A DNA stretch of 64,000 nt, taken from assembly GCF_006345805.1 (NCBI RefSeq), contig NC_043000.1, positions 125,860,001-125,924,000 of the forward strand. Reading direction: 5' to 3'. Made by a program: the position numbers and the translations under genes. The notes below the pieces were generated by a model. The model made no database searches and was not told the DNA's origin. It worked only from the letters and a program-made list of their open reading frames with translations. Shown here in pieces: positions 38,497 through 49,660 of this stretch. The stretch's first letter is position 1; every line of letters begins with the position of its first letter. The stretch is from Octopus sinensis (lineage: Eukaryota).

Positions 38497-39281
38497 GTGA
38501 AGATGTGTAACCTAATGGCTCATATGTCCAACTCTTCAACATAGGATCATGCATTCAGTTCCTGGAACAAGTGATGTATTGTATCTTTGAACAAGTCACT
38601 TCATTTCACATACTTCCAGCAACCGGCACTCTGTCGGTTACAACAACAAAACTCCCAGTTGATCCAATCAACAGAACAGTCTGCTCATAAAATAAATATG
38701 CAAGTGGCTGAGCACTCCACAAATTCATGTTTGTGTACCCTTAACAAATGTCTCAGGGAGATTTAGCATGAAACAGGATGTGACGAGCGTGGCCCCCTTT
38801 GAATTACAGGTACAACTGTAATTCAATGTGAAATAATGTGTCTTGCTCAAGGACACACCACACCACCAGGAGTCGAAATCGTGAGCCAAATACCCCTAAC
38901 CATTAAGATGACGACTCGCAACTACATAAACACCCAAAAAACATAAGTGAAAGCATTGTATACAGTACTGTTCATGTTTGTGAGTGATGACTGACAGTAC
39001 AGCTCTTTTCTGTTTTTTTTTTTAATGGTGATCCCCATTAGAAACACTTATACAAATAGGAAGTTGACAAAATAAGTGAAGTAATTGATATGGGGAGAGA
39101 AAATCAATAACTTCAAGATATGATGTAGTGAGGATTAGCTCTCTACATCTTTTATTTTTTATTTGTTTCAGTTATTAGACTGCAGCCATACTGGGCCAAA
39201 ACCTGGTACTTTTCCTATCGGTCCCTTTTTCCAAACCGCTAAGTTACGGGAACATAAACATACCAACACAGTTGTCAAGCA

Positions 39282-39324
<43 letters not shown>

Positions 39325-39330
<6 letters not shown>

Positions 39331-39690
39331 CTGTGCTAGTGGCGCACTAAGAGCACCATCCAAGTGTGATCGTTGCCAGAGCAACAAACTGGCTTCCGTG
39401 CCGGTGGCACATAAGAAACACCATTTGAGCGTGAACGTTACTTGCGTTGCCTTACTGGCACCGTGGCCATTGCCAGTACCACCCGATTGGCCCTCGTGCC
39501 GGTGGCACGTAAAAGCACCCACTACACTCCTGAAGTGGTTGGCATTTGGAAGGGCATCCAGCTGTAGAAACTCTGCCAAATCAGATTGGAGTCTGGTGCA
39601 GCTATCTAGTTCACCAGATCTCAGTCAAATTGTCCAACCCATGCTAGCATGGAAAACGGATGTTAAACGATGATAATAATGATGATGATA
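39325..39690 (+). mobile_element. Interspersed repeat family C, ending ...catgg aaaacgga(c/t)gttaaacgatgatgat (probable retroelement 3' end)
   Basis: Copies at about 4955-5140, 11840-12490, 13990-14362, 26090-26418 and 55150-55505 (+), and 29090-29340, 44332-44600 and 52104-52525 (-). All share aagggcatccagctgtagaaac and a (GAT)n tail. Confidence 0.75.
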
Positions 39691-40255
39691 AATAAGGTAT
39701 TATTACCATTATTAATAATAATAATAAAGTAGCTAGCAGGTTTATGCCTTTATAGGTAAAAAAAAAAATACAAACAGAATTCAGTAGGGTATTAGAATAT
39801 CACTTATATATAAACAGGGCTATCGCTCTAGAACTACAAATTGCTATTAAAATACACATGACGAATGCAACGAATATAACAGAAATATGCTTACGTTGTA
39901 TGAACTACAGAAGTAAGGAATACGGATATTTGGAGATCAATTGATTTCACTTTCTTTATGAAAAACATACTTAAAGCTCATCAGCCAGACTTACCACAAA
40001 ACATCTATTTCTGAAATATTCATCACATTACACCATGTGTGTTCTTTCATTTGAATGCCTCCGTGACATTCAGAAACAAACATTATGTAAGCCAGTACAA
40101 TACAAAATTAAATAAGGTATCATCACCATTATTGATAATGATAATAATAAAGTGGCTAGCAAGTTTATACCTTTATAGGTGAAAAATACAAGCAAAATTC
40201 AGTTGGGTATTAGAATACCACTTATATATAAACAGAGCTATTGTTCTAAAACCAC

Positions 40256-40311
<56 letters not shown>

Positions 40312-42227
40312 ATATATATATAGAATATGAGGGGTTTAATTCACTTGTGATCTAAAAGAATAGGTACGCTGAGTAAGTGCTACAGCTGGTCAACCATTAG
40401 GTTCCAAGATCACAGCTAAGGCTGGATCTAGGGATCCATATTAGGGTTCCATCCACATCCTCTGGAAAAAGATCAGTTGTGAACATTATCCTCCTGCCTA
40501 TACTCTAACTACCTTTACTCTTTATTCTTCTATTTTATTCCTTATAAACTGTGAGTTTTATTCTTTGTAAACTGTAAATTTTCCCTGTCTCAAATATTCA
40601 TGCCTCGTCTCTAATGATGGAATGCCCAGTGTGTGGACATACTATCATACCACTTGGGTTATCCCAGAAACGGCTGTAAGACTTCAAATGATGGTGGTGG
40701 CAAACACTAAGGCACACATACACACATGTATATAAATTAATATAAGCAGCTAAAAGCAATATTGGTATGTTTATGTTCCCATCATTCACCTTACCCTAAT
40801 TAAATTATTATAAATGACTTAAGATACTCGTTCTGCCTTGGTTTTGATTTTTCCTCTTATATAATATATATATATATGCACATACATACACAGACTTCTT
40901 TCAGTTTCTCACAAGGCTTTGGTCGATCTGCAGCTAAAGTAGACAACATGCAGTAGGGCTGAACCCAGAACTATGTGGTTGGAAAGCAAGCTTCTTACCA
41001 TACCACAGCCGTGCCTGCACCTTAATAATCAAATAAAACTGTTTCAGGTTTTCCGACTTGGAATTTTGGATCCAGTATTAACAATTGATTCTGAATATCT
41101 CATCCACAATCCAGAATAATACATTGAAACATTTTCTATATTAACTCTGAAAGATTTTCTAACAAATGCATTGATCTGAATTCTGTTCTTAACATGATTC
41201 AGTTTCAAGTTTAGGAAATTTCCTTGGTCTTTTATCATAGAAAGATTCATTATTTAATTCAATGTTTGGCATAGAGTCTTTAATTCTTAACAAATCACTG
41301 TTTAATCACTGTTCCTAACAATTCTTTGGGTACCCTAGTACAAACCATTAACTGATTTAAATGCAAAAAGAATTCAAACGTTCACTGCACAGTTATTTTG
41401 AAGATGGCAATATAATAGAATTCTCTCTATCTCTCTCTCCCTCACTCACTCACTCTCTCTCTCTCTCTCTCTCCCCCTGTCCCCCCGGTCTGAATTGAAG
41501 CATAAGAAACACAAATATTTTCTTTCTTCTATGTAGTTATGTGTATTCTTCTCTCCTTTCATCTGACACTTCAAATTAACTTTTAATTTAGTCTTTCGTT
41601 GGGATTTGAATTTAAAGCAGAAAGAAATTTGTGATTTTTATAAATCGGGATACATCTAGATTGAAACGCTGATCTAAATCCAAGCAAAATAACTCTGCAT
41701 GCATGTATGTGCACACATGTGTGCATATACAATAACCTTATTGGAAAAGCTCTCTAAATAATTTTTAAATTTCACACTTCATTTTACTTCATTATTTTTA
41801 CAATCACTTTCTGATTACAAAACTGGCAATCTTTGTTTTAATTCTTAAGATAACTTCTTAAAATTGAAATATTTTGAATTACTTTTTGATACAATAACAA
41901 CACCTTCTCGACATGAAGTAACTGGGCCCATTTTTCCTGTTAGGTTTGTTCTTGCTAATAATATCAATTTCAGACTTGTTCTTCATTAGAATATCTTAAT
42001 AACGTTTATTTAGTGTTTGTGTCGAAAAAAGTACAAGAATAATAAAAAAAATGTAGAAGAAATATTGTGTTCTAACCAAAAATAATGCTATATCCAATCA
42101 TGGAGGAAGCTGCTGTTTAGCCCCAGACCAGCACTGGTCAAGTGTCTTCTACTATAACCCTAGGTCAGCCAATGCCTGATAAGTGTATTTGGTATAAAGA
42201 AACTGTGTAAAAGCCCATTGTGTATCT

Positions 42228-42552
42228 TAAAATCCCCTTCGGTCATGAATGACCATGGGATTGCACCTAGAAAGTTCCCCTCCAAGGTACAAGTCCAGGC
42301 AAGGTTGTTTGTGCAAAACCAGCAGTCTCCCATGCATTCCAACCTCCCTTCTCCATGCCACTGATGTTATCCAAAGGAAAGGCAAAGGCCGATACAGCTT
42401 AGCACCAGTGACATCGCAACTCATTTCTACAGTTGAGTGAACTGGAGCAACGTGAAATAAAGTGTCTTGCTCAAGAACACGACACAGCCCGGTCTGGGAA
42501 TCAAACTCATTACCTCATGATTGTGAACTCGACACTCTAACCACTGAGCCAT
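42228..42552 (-). mobile_element. SINE family D
   Basis: Close homologue of 14380-14705. Confidence 0.75.
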
Positions 42553-45500
42553 AAATTGTGTGTGTGTGTGTGTATTAGTATACACATTAGCATTTCCCTA
42601 AATCAGCCATAAAATGGTAAATATGTATACTGACAGGGTTTTTAGCTGAACTATCTGGGCAATAAACTAGTCCAGTAGTTTTCTAGCTTTGCTTATGAAG
42701 CAGTTATCTCCCCTGTCAGTGTATAAAAATGTGTGCTTATGCAGCTTTAAGGGTTTTAACTATTATTTCTAGCAATATAAGCACTATTCAGCACCCTCAG
42801 TCACAATTAGTGGCAATTAAAATTTTCCTTTATGGTTTTATGTTGCTTTTAGCTGCTTATATTAATTTATATACATGTGTGTATGTGTGCCTTAGTGTTT
42901 GCCACCACCATCATTTGACAATTGGAGTTGGTTTGTTTACATCCTTATAACATAGTAATTCGGCAAAAGAAACTGATAGAATAAGTACCAGGCTGGAAAA
43001 ATAATTACTGATGTTGATATGTTTTGCTAAAATCCTCAAGGTGGTGCCCCAACATGGCCATATCTCAATGATTAAAACCAGTAAAAGATAATGATAGCAT
43101 GTATTCTACTTTTTATTGACTGTTATTTCTAGAGGCTCCTTTGTTGGTTTATCCAAATCTCGACAGTTCAGTCAATATTGCTATAAATAAATACCAGGGA
43201 AAAGCATAATCCATTTCTGTGGGTAGCAATGTTATTGTATTAACTTCCAGTGCTAAGTTCAAATTGACAAACAGTTTTCATGGTATAAGACCTCTGAAAT
43301 TCAACATCCAGATGGGATCTTAAAATAAAATTTATATTCATTCAATGCCAACCATTTTCTCAAGAAACAGACCATCTATATATCTGGTCCAGCCTTATAA
43401 ATATCAATTTATCGGACTGCAGTAAAGTATCTCTAAACCTTCAGGGAATTTTTACAAGGAGTCCATCCAGTTACTCATGTATGCACTTACATATAAACAC
43501 ATTCTCTCTTTTGCACTATTTATCTATCAATCTATCTGGCTCTATCTTTCTTTCTATCTCCTATGATAATTGAATTACTGGTCAGAACCACGGTATTTGG
43601 GTTAATGGGTTGTTTATGCTATATAAATTTGGTTTTAAACCCAAAATACCTATAAAGCTAATTATATCTTCATGTACGTAGATAATTTCTTCAGTCGTAC
43701 TGCACATTGTCATCTTTCATCTTCAAAGCAGGCATTTAGATACTGTGATCGTGGCTTTACGTTTGGGACAGCATCGCCAGGAAGGAAGGAAAGACAGAAA
43801 GAAAGAGAACGAAATATTTCACTTGAGCACGTGCAAATTGTAGTGAAGATTCATGTAGGTTTGATTGCCTGGTTAAGAGGTTTACCTTGCAACAACCACG
43901 TGGTTTTTAGTTCAGTTTCACTGTTTAGTCTCATGAGCAAAGACAAAAGTTATTTCCTACCGTAACCCCAGTTTGGCTCATACCAAGTTAATGGAATTTG
44001 ACAGATGTTAACTATGCAGAAGTGTGTGTGTGTGCGCATGCGTGCGTGCATGCGTGTTTTACAATGAAAAAGTTGATGATGACTTTGAAGTTTCAGCTTG
44101 TTTACCTTCATCAAACATTCAATGAAAGCAAGCAAGCTAAAACCTCAAAGTCTCAGTCAATTTTCTCCTTGTAAAAGTTCATGGTGCTCCAGCATGGCCC
44201 CAGTCTTTAGCTGAAACCAGTAAAAGGATAAAAGAATATATGTACTCTACTAAAAAGTATAGAGGGAAATGTTAAATTTTCTTAAATATATAACTTCATG
44301 TAACTTAGCATAAAAACAAACATTCATATATCATCATCATCATATGCCTGTTTTTCATGCTGGCATGGGTTGGATGGTTTGACAGGAGCTAGCAAGCCAG
44401 TGAGTTGCACTGTGTTCCATTGTCTGTTATGACATGGTTTCTGTGATTGAATGTCCTTCCTAATGCCAACCGTTATGCAGAGTGTACTGGGTGTTTTTTA
44501 TGTGGTACCTGCATCAGTGCATTATACGTAGCACCAGTACTAGTGTCTTATACATGGCACCAACATGGGTGCTTTTACATGGTACCAGCAGATGGCACAT
44601 ATATATCATGTATGTATGTGTCTGTACCTCTTCCTCCTATGTATATTAGTGGAGGATATAAACATCAAACTATAAACTGGTACTTTAGAAACGAAATCCT
44701 TTGAGATATCAGTTCTGCGTTGAGTTAAGCACTTCCTTGTCACTCAAAAAATGCAACAAACCAGTGATTGGCCAGTTGGAAACCAGTAACCAGCAATGCT
44801 GCTATTCATCAAATGCAACATATATAAATAAGGTAACAAAAAAAAAATAGGATTGCTGTTTTTTGATAAAAGTTATTGTCTGAAGTAAGCCCTGATGAGG
44901 TAGCTGCTGTGTTATATAATGATCTGAGAAATATGGCTAATCTTAATATCTTTATGCAGTATGATCTTTAAGACTTCATTGAGTTAATAATCAGCCAGTC
45001 ATACATGTTTCAACATGCTGCTTTTCTATGCCAGTTTGGTTGATCACATCCAATAAACTGCTTTGCACTAGCTATCCTTAATTTCTTCAACGTGAATTAT
45101 TCTAGGGTTAATCCAAATTAGCTGATTCATCTTGTGATTTAATTCCTTTCCATATTCCATCTTCTAATTCCTCTTTCAGCAATTGTTCTGGTTTTCATTC
45201 TCTGTATTTCATTCCTGACTAGTTCTTGACTGTTTCCATCCTCCCTCTCTTTTCCCACTCTCATCAGCCATTTTTCTTTCGAGTGGATTATTTATTATCA
45301 TCATCATTATTATTGTTGTTGTTTTAAATAACAGAAGCATTTATTGATGGGCATCCTGCTCCTGCCATAACAACTTCTAATTATTTCAATCATAAACTCT
45401 CTGAAACATAAAAGAACAGGAAGCCATAATTTTGATAGAATTAACCCTTTTGGTACTAATCTGCCAGTGATCATTCTTGATTCTGGGGTACAAAGCTGTC

Positions 45501-45700
45501 CATTTAAAGAGTTCGTAGTAAAAGTAAAGCCTTCTGTCATAAAATTTTACCAAAGAACTTTTTAAGGAGAGTAATATTTCTAAATAAATGAATAAATTAC
45601 ATGAATATGGAAGACATGGACTTTGTAAGCTGTTGTGAAAGCAGCCCATCTAGGAGAGCAGTGACTCAACATATTCTGGAGTCCTGTCACGAACAACCCT

Positions 45701-45888
45701 TCTTATTTCTTTACTGCCCACAAGGGGCTACACATAGAGGGGACAGACAAACGGATTAAGTCAATTATATCAACCCCGAAAGGATGAAAGGCAAAGTCGA
45801 CCTCAGTGGAATTTGAACTCAGAACGTAGCGGCAGACGAAGTACTGCTAAGCATTTCTCCCAGCGTGCTAACGTTTCTGCCAACTCTT
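45701..45888 (-). mobile_element. SINE family B
   Basis: Reverse copy with a small internal deletion. Confidence 0.78.
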
Positions 45889-45994
45889 CTAGTGCTGGTA
45901 ACATGATAAAAGGCATCAATCTATTTTAATAATAATAATAATAATTGTGTACAGTGCTCAGGTGCACTACAACTCATCTAAAGTGTATATATAA

Positions 45995-48782
45995 TCAGGT
46001 GAAGTTTCGGCGGATTTCGGAAAGCATGAGGGCCTTAAAAGATGCAGTGTCATGGCAGTCAACAACTGACGCAGGCAGTTTATTCCATGCTTCAGCAACT
46101 CTGAGCGTGAAAAAATGTTTCCGAAAGTCATGGGAGCTGTATTGTTTTCTGACTTTGTAGGCATGTCCACGTGTGTTAGACACATGGAGATCAAAAAGGT
46201 GTTCAGTGTTGTTGTTGGTGAGGTGGTTGATAACTTTGTGGGTGTTTACCAAGTCCGTCGCCAAACGCCGGAGCTTCAGTGAATCCATGCCCAGGGAAAC
46301 AAGGCGCTCAGAATATGGTAGGTGTCTGATGGAGGGTATGCGTTTGGTTGCACGTCTCTGGACAGATTCCAGGAGGTCAATGTTCTATGCAAGATAGGTG
46401 TTCCAAACTGATGATGCGAATTCCAAGTGTGGTCGTACCATAGCTGTATACAGTTTTAAATAGATGGCTGGAGAGCGGCTAACAAAAGACCTGCTGAGTG
46501 ATGCCAAGACACCCTCGGCCTTCCTGACAATCTTAGAGATATGCTTTGACCAACGCAGATCACTGCTGACAGTGATGCCTAGGTCACGCTCGCAAGAGGA
46601 TTTCTTGATATCAGTGTTGTGGAGGGAGTATGTGAACGCAGGGTTTTTTCTCCCAAAATGCATGGTGGTACACTTGTCCACAGCCAGTTTCAGTTGCCAG
46701 TCTGTGATCCATTGCTGCATTGTGTCTAGGTCTGATTGCAGGAAAGAGTTGTAGACATCAGGATCTGTCCTCTTGATTTCAAGGTACAGCTTGATGTCGT
46801 CTGCATATTTCAATACTGTGGCATTCTTTAAATTGGCATCTATGTCGTTAATGTATGCCACAAACAAGAGGGGGCCAAGGACAGATCCCTGTGGTACACC
46901 CGATGACATCTCATATGGTGTAGAGTGCTGTCCTAGAACTGTGACTACCTCCTTTCGGCTGAGGATGAAGGATTTCAACCAGTTAAAAAGGTCATCCCCC
47001 ACACCCATTGCAGAGGGTTTCACCATAAGCCTTTTGTGTGGCACAGAGTTGAAAGCCTTAGCAAAGTCAAGGTAGACAACATCCACCCATGAGCCACTGT
47101 CAGTAATCTGAGTAATGTCCTCAAGGAACTCGACAAGCTGGTCACTGCAGCTGGAGTTAGGGACAAATCCATATTGTGAGGGTCGGATGAGACTGTGAGA
47201 GCTCCAGAAGTTCCAGAGTGTTTCTCTGACACACGATTCCATCAGTTTTGCAATACAGCTAGTGAGACTGACTGGGCGATAGTTGACAGGTGATGTGCGG
47301 TCGCCCTTTTTGAACAGAGGAATGACACTGGCAGTTTTCCACTGCTCCGGAGTAGCACCATTGTTGAGACAGTACTGGAAGAAAATAGAAAGTGCCTGCC
47401 ACGTTTGAGAAGCAGGTATGTAACTCCATCAAGACCAGGGGAGGCATAGTTGCGCTTATTTTGAAGGTGACGTCGCAGCATTGCAGGTGTAAATTCCATA
47501 GTTGTTATGGAGTTTGCTGTTAGTGATGGTGAAGATGGTACATTTTGACTTTCAACAGTGAATATGTTTGCATAGCACTCGGCAATGAGTTCTGCGCATT
47601 CCTTGGGGCCGTCAGTGATCTGGTTTGTGTGAGGGTTGCGAAGAGGGCCCACTGGAGAGTGAGGTCTCTGCTTTGAGTGCACATATTTCCAGAAAACCTT
47701 GCTGTCAGGATTGGCTGCTTTGCACTGTTCAAATTCAAGCACTGCTTTTTTTGTCACTTGCTTGAGATGGTTGGAGGATTTATTCCGCTTCTTCCTGTTG
47801 GTGTCTGATTTATGCAACCTGTATTCCCGTTCAGCAGTCGGACCGCTGAAGTTTCCCAAATTGCCCTTTTGGGGCGGTTCTTCTTTTTTTGTTTACGTGG
47901 CACTGATGCTGCACATGCTGCCCATATTGAGTCCAGGATACTCTGGAGTATAGTATTCACATCTCCAGAGTTGTAGAATTCACGCCAGTTTGGGTGCTGT
48001 AGTTCAGTGTGGTACAGGTTCCAATCTGCTCTCTTCCAATCGAAGGAAGCAGATTGGAGATGGTTCAGGTTTTTGTTGCCCGCAAGAGCCAGATTGGCGA
48101 TGATCATAGCATGATCAGAGTCACCTAGAGGTTCCTCCGTAGTGCAATTGATAACCGCTTCAGGAGTTGTGGTGAAGAGCAGGTCCAAGGTGTTGTCGCC
48201 TCTTGTTGGAGAGGTGACTACTTGTGACCAGTTTGAGTCCAGCACAAGCTCAACAAAATCGTTTGCACTCTGTGGCCAATGGAAGGTCTCCCAATCAATC
48301 TCAGGATGATTGAAATCGCCTGCAATAAACACATAAGTGGCTGTTTTCCTGGCAGCAGCTCGGAGGACATTGCAAAGCTGTGTGTCCCGACGGTAACTTG
48401 GGGGACGATAAACAACGCCAAGCAGGAGTGTTGACATGGTCATACGCATGTCACAGAAAAAAACTTCTTCTTGTGATTCGTTCAAATCGGCACAAGGAAT
48501 TACCAAAAAATTTGAACGAACGTAGACCATCACACCACCACCACGGCAGTTAGTGCGGTCCTTACGGAAGAGGTTGTACCCCGTAATGTTGAAAACCCCA
48601 TCACAGAGTAAGGAATGCGCCCATGTTTCCGTGACAGTGATGAAGTCAGGGTCAACACTTCTAACGTAGGTGTTGAACAAATGTATTTTGTTGCATAAAC
48701 TGCGAGCATTTAAGGACAACAATTTGTACCCTGCTCGCAGTTTATGATGGTGTGTAGAGGATGGCAGGTTGTTCTGGCTTAG
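45995..48782 (-). pseudogene. CR1 ORF2 (AP endonuclease plus reverse transcriptase) with 2 frameshifts and 1 nonsense codon
   Basis: EN motifs SLNARSL.NK, TETW, GDFNHP, TRGDNTLDL and SDH. RT motifs NYRPVSLTS, YLDFAKAF, GVPQGSVLGPLLF, YADD and ERDLGI. C-terminal TRGH...RKHFFTLRVAEAWNKLP. Frameshifts lie near 47835 and 47385, with an in-frame TAG at 46385-46387. Confidence 0.92.
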
Positions 48783-49528
48783 TTTCCCTGAGTTGCTGTA
48801 GTCTTTTTAGTTATTGTGGGTAGAGAGCACTCAGACCAGCTGGTATCTCTCTTCCACGTTTCAGTAGTCTTGACAAATCTCCAGATTTGTCCATCTTCCC
48901 GAAGACTGAAGCTTTCCTGTAGAGCTGAGTTCCTATTCAGGGAAGCCACTACACGTAGCTTCGGACGTACATTGGACGGTAAGCCTGGGCGTGTTCGGAA
49001 GGTGGTCCGATTTTCCCGCCCAGCTTTAACTGAGGCCAGATGGTAAGAGGTTGCCTCAGTGGGGTCCTTAAAAGACAACTTGATGAGCCTAGGTTTTGGG
49101 CCAGGTCGTCCAAGGCGGATAGCACCCGTTGGGGGAACGCAGCCTAGGTCTTTGGCTGAGTTGGCAGCAAAAGCCTGAAGATCAGCCATGTCTTCTGGCA
49201 CCCCAATGGCAATGACTTCATGGGTGGCAGAATCCGCGGTCTTAAATGCAACAAGAGGTACAGGTACAGGGAGGTTCTTTAGCAGAGCATTCCGATAAGA
49301 CCCCTCATTGTGGAGTCCAACCTGAATGGTTGCTTTTATTCCTGCTACTTCCCCTTTTAAAGCACAGATCGATTGTTGCAGTTCTGCAAGAACCGCACTG
49401 GTCAATTGGTGTTGTTGTTGTTGCTGCTGTTGCTCTGGTTGTGGTTGATTTTGTTGTTGCTGTTGTTGTTGCTGCTGCTCTGGTTGTGGTTGATTTTGTT
49501 GTTGCTGCTGCTCTGGTTGTGGTTGATT

Positions 49529-49564
<36 letters not shown>

Positions 49565-49660
49565 CTCTGGTTGTGGTTGATTTTGTTGTTGCTGCTGTTG
49601 CTGTTCCGCCTCCTCCACGGGAGTGGCAGGGGGAGACACAATCGTCGGTTGTGGAGGCAC
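48779..49660 (-). CDS. CR1 ORF1 protein: polyQ/NQPQPE repeat, coiled coil and RRM-like region (open; true 5' end probably further upstream)
   Basis: 293-aa open frame; the track start is GTG. It has VIAIGVPE...IRLGRPGPKPRLIKLSF motifs typical of LINE ORF1 RRM-like domains and ends Q-G-N-TAA. Confidence 0.8.

Noticed and set aside
44892-44898. Isolated CTGATGA (also near 11184 and 15832)
   Set aside because: No stem II followed by GAAA, so it is not a hammerhead.
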